A stretch of DNA of 64,000 nucleotides from Burkholderiales bacterium. GTDB lineage: Bacteria; Pseudomonadota; Gammaproteobacteria; Burkholderiales; Ga0077523. Location: contig JAIEQG010000013.1 in assembly GCA_019747905.1 (NCBI GenBank), forward strand, positions 50,482 to 114,481, read 5' to 3'. The notes under the pieces were generated by a model. The model worked only from the letters and a program-made list of their open reading frames with translations. It had not been told where the DNA came from and did no database searches. Each line of letters opens with the position of its first letter. Within the stretch, counting starts at the first letter, position 1. The position numbers were made by a program, and so were the translations under genes. Positions 1 through 9,600 of the stretch are shown here, piece after piece.

Positions 1-2381
1 TCGATGCCCGTCTGCAACGCTTGGGCAAACAGGCGCGGCATCGTCCAGTCGCCGAAGCGAAGGTAGTAGCGGTTGTTGTTCGCTCGGGCCAGTGCCAGTG
101 CCTGTGCGAGTGCCGCGCGGGCGGCAGGGCCGTCTGCGCACAGTTCGGCGACACGGGCTTCGAGCAGTCTTACCACCGGACGATAGCAATGGAACATCGG
201 GGCCCGCTCGGCCAGCGCGCGAACGTGCGCGATCAGCGGCGCCGCCTCGTTCGGCAGCTCTAGCTCCAGCAGGATGTCGGCGCCGGACAGACCGAAGATG
301 ACTTCCTGCAAGCGCGAGCCCAGACGCACGGCCGTCTGATTGGCCCGCAGTGCCCGTTGCGCACCTTCGTCACGCTGGCCCCGGTGGGTGGCTTGCCGTG
401 CACGAAACAGATGAATCTGCGCTTCATGCATGACCTCCCGATACGGGGGTCTCGACATGGCTTCGGCCTGGGCGAGGGTCGCGTCCGCCACCGACCAGCG
501 CACAGCGCGCCATTCCACTGTGAACTTCCAGAGGGTCAGCGCAAGGCGAACGACGCGCAGCGCATTCGCTTCGGCGATCTCGAGGCCGCGCCCGATGCTG
601 TCGAGCGCTTCGTCATAGCGCGCCTCCTGGAAGCGCAGCCAGCCGACCTGCCCGTAGCACCAGGCTGCCTCGGACGGGCTGGCGGTACTGCGGGCCGCCA
701 GCGCCATTGCCATGTCGGCGAAGCGATCGCCCCGCTCGAAGTCGCCGGACAGACCGCTCACCACCAGAGCTCCGAGCGCGGCGCCGAGCGCCACGTCCGG
801 ATCGGTACAGAGTGGCAACAGCGCTTCGACACGCAGATATGCCGGCTCGAGCCGCTCGTGCCACGGGCGAGCGTGAAAGAGTGCCATGCACAGCGTGCCG
901 TAGACACGAAGTTCCGCCTCGACCGACGCGAACTGTGAAGTGTGTTCGATCTCCTCGAGGTATTCGTCGAGCCATCCATCCATGGCGTCGAGGGCATGGA
1001 AGCCAAGGAAGGCACCGCTCACCAGAGTGGTGAGGCATTCGAGCAGTCCAGCGCGATCGCCGGCAGCTCGATACAGTGCCGCGGCACGTTCGAGCACCCG
1101 GGTGCCGGCTTCCGGCTCGGTCTGGAGCACAGTGCGACCGTGCCAATGAACGAGCGCCGGATGCGACGTCCTGAGGGCCTCGGGCAATGCTTCGATCCAG
1201 CGGCGTAACGTTACGCGTCGGCCGCTTCTCAGGAGCCGGTCGGCCTGATCGACGATCAGCGCCTGCGCAGCGTCCCAACGGCCGTGCGCAAGGTTGAGAT
1301 CCATGGCCGCCTCTACGTTGCCCGCTTGCTGCAGGGCTGTCGCGCTGAGGGCGATACGTTCGGACAGAAGAGCTGGTGCGAAGATGGTGCGGGCGCGTGC
1401 CCGCAGAAAATCCAGGAACAGCGCGTGGAACTGGTACGACGGATCCGGTCCGGGACGACGATCCGTGAACAGGCGGCGACGATAGAGTTCGTCGAGCAAA
1501 AGAGGGGCCTCGGCGTCCCCGCTCAGTTGGACGGCAAGCTCGGCGCTGACACGCGGCAGGAATGCGACCGCCAACAGGATGGCGCGCCGTTGCGGAGATG
1601 TCTGATCGAAGATCAGGTCGGCGAAGTACGTGAACACCGATTCTCGAGTTTCCGACGGCAATTCGCGCGCATTCCCATCGGTGTGCTCGAGTCGCTCCAG
1701 CATCAGAGTGATGCCGGCTGCCCATCCCTGCGATTGCTGGTGCAGCGCCTGGACCAGCCAACCCTCGGTGACGCCGCGCTTGGCGCAGATGGCGTTCACT
1801 TCCTCCTGCGTGAGCTGCAGATGGTCCCAGCCGATCGTCGTCATGCTGCCGTTCGCGGTGAACGCCACGAACGACGGTGGCGCATCGGTGCGGCTCATCG
1901 CGACGATGGTGCCGCCGCGCGGCGCCTGGCGCGCGCACTCCTGCACGATCTCGTGCAACGGGGCACCTTCGGGCGCATCTTGATAGTTGTCCAACACCAG
2001 CGCGGCGCCGGGTGGCAGGCTCGCGAACAGGGCCCGGAAGTACAGCCGGGCGAACGCGTTAACCTCGCCCAGATGCTCTGCGGAGAATCGCGGGAGCACT
2101 GCGTCGGACTCCGGGGCGACCGAGCCCAGGCCGCGTGCGAGATGATCGAAAAGAGCCGCCGGGTCCGCGTCCTCGGCGTCGATCTGGTACCAGATCGACG
2201 GGATCGAGCGCGTTTCGAGCCACGTCGCGACGAGCGTCGTCTTGCCCGCGCCAGGCGGGCCCGCGATCCACAACAGGGGGCGGCCGCGGTTGTCGTCGAG
2301 CAGCGCGAACAGGCGTTCGCGCCGAACGACGTCGAACAGCCGCGGCGGACTGACTTTTGCTGGCAACACATTCTTGAGCAT
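1..2381 (-). CDS. MalT-like STAND/AAA ATPase, probable LuxR-family transcriptional regulator (3' end runs off the left window edge)
   Basis: Not in the supplied ORF track because there is no stop inside the window. Reverse-complement translation from the ATG at 2381-2379 (GGAGG 7 nt upstream) reads MLKNVLPAKVSPPRLFDVVRRERLFALLDDNRGRPLLWIAGPPGAGKTTLVATWLE (Walker A GPPGAGKTT). It later reads LHQQSQGWAAGITLMLE, continues into a helical-repeat-like region, and stays open to base 1 (ends ...RFGDWTMPRLFAQALQTGI). The other two minus frames hold only Arg-rich junk ORFs. Confidence 0.8.
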   Translation of the reverse strand, partial: MLKNVLPAKVSPPRLFDVVRRERLFALLDDNRGRPLLWIAGPPGAGKTTLVATWLETRSIPSIWYQIDAEDADPAALFDHLARGLGSVAPESDAVLPRFSAEHLGEVNAFARLYFRALFASLPPGAALVLDNYQDAPEGAPLHEIVQECARQAPRGGTIVAMSRTDAPPSFVAFTANGSMTTIGWDHLQLTQEEVNAICAKRGVTEGWLVQALHQQSQGWAAGITLMLERLEHTDGNARELPSETRESVFTYFADLIFDQTSPQRRAILLAVAFLPRVSAELAVQLSGDAEAPLLLDELYRRRLFTDRRPGPDPSYQFHALFLDFLRARARTIFAPALLSERIALSATALQQAGNVEAAMDLNLAHGRWDAAQALIVDQADRLLRSGRRVTLRRWIEALPEALRTSHPALVHWHGRTVLQTEPEAGTRVLERAAALYRAAGDRAGLLECLTTLVSGAFLGFHALDAMDGWLDEYLEEIEHTSQFASVEAELRVYGTLCMALFHARPWHERLEPAYLRVEALLPLCTDPDVALGAALGALVVSGLSGDFERGDRFADMAMALAARSTASPSEAAWCYGQVGWLRFQEARYDEALDSIGRGLEIAEANALRVVRLALTLWKFTVEWRAVRWSVADATLAQAEAMSRPPYREVMHEAQIHLFRARQATHRGQRDEGAQRALRANQTAVRLGSRLQEVIFGLSGADILLELELPNEAAPLIAHVRALAERAPMFHCYRPVVRLLEARVAELCADGPAARAALAQALALARANNNRYYLRFGDWTMPRLFAQALQTGI

Positions 2382-2464
2382 GTGCGTGCCTCCGAATCAC
2401 CTCAAACGGACCGCGATCGGCGTGCCGGTGCATGAGCTTGGTCGTGCACCGGTCCGGAATCAAC

Positions 2465-2965
2465 TCACTTCAGTTCGTAAGTGCCTTTGTTGCCGTTGCA
2501 GACCTGGAAGGCAGCGTCCTTCGACGTCGGCCAGAATTCGACCTTGTACTCGCCCTTGATGGTCATGCCATCGTACTTGCCTGTGCCCCAGGGTGAAGTG
2601 TAGATCCCGCCGCCGCCCTCTGGGCTGTCGGTGTATTCCAGCCACCACTTGTCACCGTCCAGGTCGATCATCTCGCACATGCCGAAGCCGCGCTGACGAC
2701 CATTGAGGTTCATGTAGGTGCCGTAGCACACGCCCGAAGTGCGGTCGAAGGCGCGTCCGGGTGGGTTCGTGAGAACGTTCGCGATGCCCTCGTAGTGGCT
2801 CACCATGTTCTTGTCGCCGCCGTTCAATGACTTGGCCTGGTCGACCACGCAGAAGGTGAACTCGTAGCTGCCTTTCTTGGGCATGTTTACCTTGCCTGCC
2901 GCCGCGCTGCCTGCCAGCACCATCGTGCCTACGCCGAGGGCCGCCACCATGCATGCCTTCATCAT
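2465..2965 (-). CDS. hypothetical exported protein (166 aa, four Cys), family not recognised
   Basis: Track ORF 2465..3037(-). The likely start is ATGATG at 2965, preceded by GAGGAGGA. The N-terminus MMKACMVAALGVGTMVLAGSAAAGK looks like a signal peptide. Codon usage is GC3-rich like the neighbours. Confidence 0.7.
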   Translation of the reverse strand: MMKACMVAALGVGTMVLAGSAAAGKVNMPKKGSYEFTFCVVDQAKSLNGGDKNMVSHYEGIANVLTNPPGRAFDRTSGVCYGTYMNLNGRQRGFGMCEMIDLDGDKWWLEYTDSPEGGGGIYTSPWGTGKYDGMTIKGEYKVEFWPTSKDAAFQVCNGNKGTYELK

Positions 2966-3156
2966 TCTTCCTCCTCGTCTGATGCGTTCGTCGGGAACCC
3001 GCGCGCGGCGGGGGGAAGAGCTCGAAGCGCCTGCCACAGGCCATCAGCCGATCGGAAGCGGGTCTGCGCGCCCGTTGCAACGTCCTCGACGATGCCGGCA
3101 ATCCCTTCCGGATCGCGGCGATACACCCGGACGACGTACAGCCCGAGTCCGCTCAT
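2962..3156 (-). CDS. small hypothetical protein (64 aa, acidic DEEEE tail)
   Basis: Track ORF 2962..3177(-). The second ATG at 3156 has GAAGGGGAAAGG just upstream. The stop TGA overlaps the ATGATG start of the next gene, which suggests translational coupling. Sequence: MSGLGLYVVRVYRRDPEGIAGIVEDVATGAQTRFRSADGLWQAL... Confidence 0.5.
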   Translation of the reverse strand: MSGLGLYVVRVYRRDPEGIAGIVEDVATGAQTRFRSADGLWQALRALPPAARGFPTNASDEEEE

Positions 3157-3271
3157 GAGCCTTTCCCCTTCGTACACGCCAGGTCACGATAGCGAGCGAC
3201 GGGGTACGTATCGACTTCGGATTCGAGAACTGCAGCAGTCCGAACGAATGCCGGGCGGTTCGATCAGGGAG

Positions 3272-3308
3272 TTGACATTAGATTGAGTTGATATAAACTC
3301 AAATCAAC
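3272..3308 (+). promoter_or_regulatory. sigma-70-like promoter with overlapping dyad operator upstream of the TetR gene
   Basis: TTGACA at 3272-3277 and TAAACT at 3294-3299, with a 16-nt spacer. Dyad TTGAGTT-gatata-AACTCAA at 3283-3302, plus an overlapping GTTGAT...ATCAAC dyad at 3287-3308. This is the only AT-rich patch in the 3157-3336 divergent intergenic region. Confidence 0.45.
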
Positions 3309-3336
3309 ACGACCTTCGTTCCCCCGACTTCCTGCC

Positions 3337-3966
3337 GTGGCTTCCCGTTCCTACAGCATCGAGCGCAGACGACTGCTCCAATCCGAGACGCGGTCACGCA
3401 TCGCTGCCGCCGCCGCCGAACTGCATGCTCTCAAAGGCGCGGTGGCGACCAGCTATGCCGACATCGCGCAGCGTGCCGGCGTCTCGCTGCCCACCGTCTA
3501 CAACCATTTCCCGAATCAGAAGGCGCTAATTGAGGCGTGCACCGGTCACGCCGCCGCGGCGGCTCCGATGCCACCCTTCGAGCAGATCCTCGCCGCGGCA
3601 GACTTGCCGCAAGCGGCGGAGCTGCTGGTTGCGGGCATGGACAAGGTCAACGCGTACTACGAGCCCTGGCTCGCCTGGCGCGAACAGCGGGTCATCCCGG
3701 TGCTCGCCGAAGTGGAAGCGCGAGCTCGCAAGCAGTTGACCGTGTTCCTGATCGATCTTCTTTCCCGGCACCGGGTCGCCGGCAACCCGCGCGAACTGGC
3801 GGCCGTCTGGGAAACGTTGCTGCACTTCGATGCATGGCACAGCCTGGTGCGCGAGCACAAGCTGCCGCGTACCGCCGTGCGCTCGATCCAATTGCACCTG
3901 TTGCTGGCTGCCGTCGGACCGCAGCCTGCCGTGACAGCCCACCCGCGTCCGAGGAGAAAGTCATGA
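3337..3966 (+). CDS. TetR/AcrR family transcriptional regulator
   Basis: GTG start. The N-terminal HTH reads RIAAAAAELHALKGAVATSYADIAQRAGVSLPTVYNHFPNQKALI, typical of TetR_N. Confidence 0.9.
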   Translation: MASRSYSIERRRLLQSETRSRIAAAAAELHALKGAVATSYADIAQRAGVSLPTVYNHFPNQKALIEACTGHAAAAAPMPPFEQILAAADLPQAAELLVAGMDKVNAYYEPWLAWREQRVIPVLAEVEARARKQLTVFLIDLLSRHRVAGNPRELAAVWETLLHFDAWHSLVREHKLPRTAVRSIQLHLLLAAVGPQPAVTAHPRPRRKS

Positions 3967-4685
3967 GCATGGCGCCCGCAGGATCGATTCACGAAATCGC
4001 CCCAGACACCTATCGCATCAGCATCGCGCTGCCCCCCGGCGCCTTCCCGGGCGGATTCTCGTTCAATCAGTACCTCGTCGTGGACGAGCAGCCGCTGCTG
4101 TTCCATACCGGTCCGAGAAAGATGTTCGGGCTGGTGCGCGAGCAGATCGAGAAGGTGCTGCCGGTCGCGGCGCTCCGCTACATCGCGTTCTCCCACGTGG
4201 AAGCCGACGAGTGCGGGAGCCTCCCCGATTTCCTGGCGGTCGCACCGCAAGCCCGCCCGGTCTGCAGCGCCATCGCGGCGATGGTCTCGATCGGCGACCT
4301 GGTCGACGTGGAGCCGATCGGTCTTGCCGATGGTCAGACGATCGAACTCGGCCGTCACCGGCTCACGTGGCAGTCGACGCCACATCTTCCGCATGGCTGG
4401 GAATGTGGGTACCTGTTCGACGCCACCACGCGCACGCTTTTTTGCGGGGACTTGCTCACCCAACCTGGCATGGGCGATCGCCCCCTGGTCAGCGACGACA
4501 TTCTCGGACCGAGCGAGGCGATGCGACACCAGATGGACTATTACTCACACGGTCGTGATTCTGCCGCGTTGATCGAGAAGCTGGCGCTGTTGCAGCCGGA
4601 ACGTCTCGCCTGCATGCACGGCAGCGCCTGGCAGGGTGATGGCGCCGGGTTGCTGCGGTCTCTCGGGCGCGCGCTCCTGCAGTGA
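3963..4685 (+). CDS. MBL-fold metallo-hydrolase (diiron/ODP-like HxExDxxG variant)
   Basis: The ATG at 3963 overlaps the TetR stop (ATGA). Sequence MSMAPAGSIHEIAPDTYRISIALP...FNQYLVVDEQPLLFHTG...IAFSHVEADECGSLPDF. The upstream part of track ORF 3537..4685 is an out-of-context extension. Confidence 0.85.
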   Translation: MSMAPAGSIHEIAPDTYRISIALPPGAFPGGFSFNQYLVVDEQPLLFHTGPRKMFGLVREQIEKVLPVAALRYIAFSHVEADECGSLPDFLAVAPQARPVCSAIAAMVSIGDLVDVEPIGLADGQTIELGRHRLTWQSTPHLPHGWECGYLFDATTRTLFCGDLLTQPGMGDRPLVSDDILGPSEAMRHQMDYYSHGRDSAALIEKLALLQPERLACMHGSAWQGDGAGLLRSLGRALLQ

Positions 4686-4727
4686 CGCGCGCTCGAGGCT
4701 TGGCAGTCCGGCGGCTGCGCGAGCGCT

Positions 4728-5426
4728 CTACGCCATGTCGAACACGATCACTTCCGCGTTCTTCGCGTTGGCGAGCTTGAGGCCGGTCTCGGCGACCACC
4801 TTCAGGCCGTCCCCCGTGCCGAGCTTGCGGCCGTTCACCTCGACTTCGCCGCGCGCGACGTGCAAGTAGGCACGATGCGACGGGTCGACGGGATGCTCGA
4901 CTGCATCGCCTTCGTTCAACAGCCCGGCGTACATCCAGGCGTCCTGGTGGATCTTCACTGAACCGTCGCGCCCGTCGGGCGAGGCGACCAGCCGCAACCG
5001 ACCCCGCTTGTCCTCGGCGGAGAAGTTCTTCTGCTCGTAGCTGGGCGCGATGCCGCGTTCCTTCGGTTCGATCCAGATCTGCAGAAAGTGGACGAGCTCC
5101 GCCGGCGAGTGGTTGTACTCGCTGTGGGTCACCCCCGTGCCGGCGCTCATGCGCTGCACGTCGCCCGGCTTGATGACTGACCCGGTGCCCATGCTGTCGC
5201 GGTGCTCCAGGGCGCCGTCGAGCACGTAGCTGATGATTTCCATGTCGCGATGCGGATGGGTACCGAAGCCCATGCCCGGCGCCACCCGGTCTTCATTGAT
5301 GACGCGTAGCGTGCCGAAGCCCATCTCGCTCGGGTTGTAATAGCTCGCGAAGGAAAACGTGTGATGGCTGTCGAGCCAGCCATGGTTGGCGTGGCCGCGG
5401 TCTTCGGCCTTGCGGACTGCGATCAT
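4728..5426 (-). CDS. pirin family protein
   Basis: RKAEDRGHANHGWLDSHHTFSFASYYNP...GFGTHPHRDMEIISYVLDGALEHRDSMG is the classic pirin N-terminal cupin signature. Confidence 0.9.
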   Translation of the reverse strand: MIAVRKAEDRGHANHGWLDSHHTFSFASYYNPSEMGFGTLRVINEDRVAPGMGFGTHPHRDMEIISYVLDGALEHRDSMGTGSVIKPGDVQRMSAGTGVTHSEYNHSPAELVHFLQIWIEPKERGIAPSYEQKNFSAEDKRGRLRLVASPDGRDGSVKIHQDAWMYAGLLNEGDAVEHPVDPSHRAYLHVARGEVEVNGRKLGTGDGLKVVAETGLKLANAKNAEVIVFDMA

Positions 5427-5571
5427 CGTTCCGTCCTTTCGAATGGATTGCTGATTAAACTGCTACAGGACGGTAGTTTGGGTACAAGTGCCCGGTTTCA
5501 ATGCGGAAAGTTTCGAAGCATTCGTTCGAATTCACTGAACCAAGCGATGGCCCGCTGATTTTGAAACCGGT

Positions 5572-6102
5572 TCAGCGCCGCGACACTGCCGACGATGCGT
5601 CCAGGTGGCGGCCAAGGATGGCGAGGTCGCGCGGCTGTCCGTCGAGCAATGCCACGCCCGGGAGCCAGCCCCAGGGCTCGAACTCGTAGCGGCTGAACAG
5701 CGCGACGCTGGCGACGTTGTGGCCGAACACGAACGCGAGCAGGGTCCGGATTCCGAGGGCGGGCGCCTGGGCCAGGGCTTCGCCCACCAGGAAGGCGCCG
5801 AGCCCCTGGCCTCGATTGCGTTCGTCCACGTACACGCTGACTTCCACGGTGCCGCCGTAGGCCGGCCGACCGTAGAACGACGACAGTGAAAGCCATCCGC
5901 GCACCTCGCCGTCGATGTCGACGACCCACAGGGGCCGGCGACCCGGTTCGTGTTCGCTGAACCATTCGATGCGGCTCTCGACGCTGACCGGTTCCAGGTC
6001 CGCCGTCGCCACGCGCGAGGGAATGGTCGCGTTGTAGATGTCTACGATGCGCGGCAAGTCACCGATCACTGCGTCGCGACGGAGAAAACGCTCGGCAGTC
6101 AC
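5572..6102 (-). CDS. GNAT family N-acetyltransferase (phosphinothricin-acetyltransferase-like)
   Basis: The GTG start at 6102 overlaps the stop of the upstream gene (GTGA). Sequence VTAERFLRRDAVIGDLPRIVDIYNATIPSRVATADLEPVSVESRIEWF...VDERNRGQGLGAFLVGEAL. The first roughly 130 codons of track ORF 5572..6492 are a spurious extension. Confidence 0.85.
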   Translation of the reverse strand: MTAERFLRRDAVIGDLPRIVDIYNATIPSRVATADLEPVSVESRIEWFSEHEPGRRPLWVVDIDGEVRGWLSLSSFYGRPAYGGTVEVSVYVDERNRGQGLGAFLVGEALAQAPALGIRTLLAFVFGHNVASVALFSRYEFEPWGWLPGVALLDGQPRDLAILGRHLDASSAVSRR

Positions 6103-6626
6103 GAGAACACCATGCAGGTGGTGGACCCGTGGGCGACGATGCGACCCTGCGCGTCGCGCAGCCAGCCTTCGGCGGTGGCCACCTGCTTGCCGGCATGGAT
6201 CACCTTGCCCTCGGCTTCGACGCGGCCGGTGCGGTCCGTCATGGCGCGCACGTAGTTGATCTTGATCTCGAGCGTCGTGTAGCCCTGGCCGGGCTCGAGC
6301 GTCGAGTGCACGGCGCACGCCATGCAGCTGTCCAGCAGCGTCGCGGCCCAGCCGCCGTGGACCGTGCCGATCGGGTTGTAGAAGCGGGCGTCCGGCGTGC
6401 CGGCGAACAGGACGCGCCCCTTCTCCACGGCCACAGCGTCGAAATCGAAGACCTGACCGATCGGCGGCGAGGGGAGCCTGCCATCGATCCATGCCTGCAG
6501 AAACACGACGCCGCTCATCGCACGCACTTCGTCGAGCGGCGTCACGCCGTAGTTGCGGTCCTGGCTCACTGCATTCACGGTTGTGCCTTCTCCAAAAGGA
6601 AACCCGGCGTTCAAGCCGGGTTTCAT
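6099..6626 (-). CDS. PaaI-family hotdog-fold thioesterase
   Basis: TPLDEVRAMSGVVFLQAWIDGRLPSPPIGQVFDF...NPIGTVHGGWAATLLDSCMACAV...GKVIHAGKQVATAEG. The exact start is uncertain and an internal start is possible. Confidence 0.85.
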   Translation of the reverse strand: MKPGLNAGFPFGEGTTVNAVSQDRNYGVTPLDEVRAMSGVVFLQAWIDGRLPSPPIGQVFDFDAVAVEKGRVLFAGTPDARFYNPIGTVHGGWAATLLDSCMACAVHSTLEPGQGYTTLEIKINYVRAMTDRTGRVEAEGKVIHAGKQVATAEGWLRDAQGRIVAHGSTTCMVFS

Positions 6627-6652
6627 CGGGGCGGGCGGGCCGCCGGTAATTG

Positions 6653-9600
6653 CTAGGCGTGCGTCGTCGCGGCGGCGAGTTCAGGACCTTCGTCCTGCCG
6701 CTTGTGGACCTTGCGCACCAGCACCGAGTAGATGGTGGGAATCACGAACAGCGTGAGCAGCGTTCCCAGCATCAGCCCGCCGACCACCACCCAGCCGATG
6801 GCCTGCCGCGACTCGGCACCGGCCCCGTGGGCCAGTGCCAACGGAACGGCACCCAGCACCATGGCGGCGGTCGTCATCAGGATCGGGCGCAACCGCAGCG
6901 TGGCGGCTTCCTTCACCGCCTCGACGCGATCCATGCCGCGCTCGCGCAACTGGTTGGCGAACTCGACGATGAGAATGCCGTGCTTGGTGATGAGGCCCAC
7001 CAGCATCACCAGGCCCACCTTGCTGTACACGTTGAGGGTGCCGCCGTTGCCAAGCTTGGTGTTGATGTACATCACCAGCAGCGCACCCGTCATGGCGAGC
7101 GGCACCGTGAACATGATGACCAGCGGACCGACGAAGCTCTCGAACTGCGCGGCGAGCACGAGGTAGATGACCAGCAGCGCCAAGCCGAAGGTGACGATGA
7201 GCTGCGCCCCCGACTCGCGGAACTCGCGCGAGATGTTGTCGAGGTCGGTGCGGGTCTCCGGTCCGAGTTCGGACTTCACCAGAGCGTCCATGTGATCGAG
7301 CACCTGGCCCAGCGTGTAACCGGGGGCCGGTTCACCGTTGATCACCGCTGCGCGCAGCTTGTTGAAGTGGTTGAGCTCCTTCGGACCGACCGACTCCGAG
7401 ATCGAGACGAGGTTCGACAACTGGTGCAGCGTGCCGTCGTTGCCGCGGACGTAGATGGACGTGAGGTCGCTCGGTTGCCGGCGCTTGTCGTCTTCCATCT
7501 GCACCACGACGTCGTACTGCTTGCCTTCGTGCTTGTAGCGAGTGACGTCGAAACCGCCCAGCAGCGTTTCCAGCGTGTGTCCGATGGTGCTCATCGACAC
7601 GCCGAGCGCCGAGGCCTTGTCGCGATCGATCTTCACCGAGAGCTGCGGCTTGTTGAGCTTGAGGTCCGTGTCGAGCGCGGTGATGCCCGGGTAATCGCGC
7701 AGCTTCGCCATCATCTTGTTGACCTTCACCTGCAGGTCTTCGTAGGTGTTGCCGTAGATGACGTACTCGACGCTCTTCGCGAACAGCGGCTGGCCGAGCG
7801 CGGGCAGCGCCTTGGTGAAGGACAGGGCGCCCGGCAGGCCGCCGAAGAGCTTCGGCCCCAGTTCCTTCGTGATCGCCTGCTGGCCGCGCTTGCGCTCGTG
7901 CCAGGGCTTCAGGACCGCGAAGGCCACGCCCAGGTTGACCGGGTTGGGCCGGTCCAGACCGGGGGCCACCACGGCAAACATCGTTTCGATCTCGGGTACG
8001 CCCTTGGTCATCTCCTCCACCGCGCGCATGTACCCATCGGTGTATTGCATGCTCGAGCCTTCCGGCGCGATCACGAAGGCGAGGAACATGCTCCGGTCTT
8101 CCTCGGGCGACAGTTCGTCCTTCAGCTGGCCGAGCAGCCAGACCATCGAGCCCAGCGTCGCGACCAGGACGATGGCGATGACCCAGCGGTGGCGCAGCGT
8201 CCAGCCGAGCATCGACCGGTAGACGTTCACCATGCCGGCGAAGAACGGCTCGGTCTTGTGATAGAGCCAACTGTGCTCGGCCCGCAGGAACTTCGAGCAC
8301 ATCATCGGCACCAGCGTCAGTGCGACGAAACCGGACACGATTACGGAGGTCGCCACGGTCAGCGCGAACTCCGTCATCAGCTTGCCGACGTTGCCTTCGG
8401 CGAAGGACAGCGGCGTGAACACGGCGGCGAGGGTGATGGTCATCGCGATGACCGCGAAGCCGATCTCCTTACTGCCGACCAGCGCCGCCTTGAAGGGCTT
8501 CATGCCCTCCTCGATGTGGCGGTGCACGTTCTCCAGCACGACGATGGCGTCGTCCACCACGAGACCGATCGAGAGCACCACGCCGAGCAGGGTCAGCGTG
8601 TTGATGGAGAACCCCAGCACCTTGAGGAACGTGAAGTGCCCGATGATGGACACGGGGATCGTCACGGCAGGGATGATCGTCGCGCGGAACTCGCGCAGGA
8701 AGAAGAAGATCACCAGCACCACGAGGGCCAGGGCGACGTAGATCGTTTCCATCACGGAATCGACCGAGGCCTGGATGAACTGCGAGGTGTCCACCGCAAC
8801 CCACATCTTCATGCCGGGCTGCAGCGAGGTTTCGAGGCGCGGCAGCAGTTCTTTCACTGCCTGGGCCACTTCCAGCGTGTTGGCCGTCGATTGCTTGACG
8901 ACACCCAGGCCAAGCGCCTCTTCGCCACGGACCCGCACGATCTTGCGGTTCTCGTACGGTCCCGGGGCTGCGCGGCCGACGTCGCGGAGGCGGATCGGAT
9001 ACCCGTTCACCTCCTTGATGATCATGTTGTTGAATTCTTCGGGCGACAGCAGATCGGTGCGCGCCTGGACGGTGAACTCGCGTTGCGTGCTCTCGATGCG
9101 ACCGCCGGGCGAATCGAGGTTCTGGCGCTTCAGCGCGTCCTCGACGTCCTGCGCGGTGAGGCCCTGGGCGGCGAGACGCTCGCGGTCGAGCCACACCCGC
9201 ATCGCATACTTGCGTTCCCCGCCGATGATGACCGAGGCCACCCCGGGAATCGCCTTGAGCGGGTCGGTGAGGTAGCGGTCGGCGAAGTCGGTCATCTCCA
9301 TCGGCGTGTGCTGGCCGCTGGTGAGTGCCACCCATACGATGGGCTGGGCGTCGGCTTCGATCTTCGACACCACCGGGTTGTCAGCGGCGGCCGGAATGTT
9401 CTTCCGCACGCGCGCGACCCGGTCGCGCACGTCGTTCGCGGCGCCGTCGATCTCGCGGCTGGTGACGAAGGTGACAGTGATCTGGCTCACCTCTTCACGG
9501 CTCTGCGACTTGATGGTCTTGATGCCCTCGATGCCCGACAGCGAATCTTCCAGCGGCTGGGTAATGGCACTTTCCATCACCTGCGCCGTCGCACCCTTGT

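Noticed and set aside
613-2435. Track ORFs 613..1938(-), 1284..2435(+), 1895..2371(-) and 2059..2463(-).
   Set aside because: They are Arg/Pro-rich with no motifs. The third minus frame carries a continuous MalT-like ATPase gene with a Walker A motif that explains the region.
5493-5571. 10-bp inverted repeat CCGGTTTCAA...TTGAAACCGG flanking a 59-nt lower-GC segment between the GNAT and pirin genes. Possible sRNA or terminator.
   Set aside because: The loop is too large for an intrinsic terminator. I found no second copy and no promoter-like elements, so the evidence is insufficient to call a feature.
5572-6492. Single 306-aa ORF spanning the GNAT and thioesterase regions.
   Set aside because: Its N-terminal roughly 130 codons are an off-frame read through the thioesterase gene. 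The GNAT domain begins at the GTG at 6102, which overlaps the thioesterase stop.
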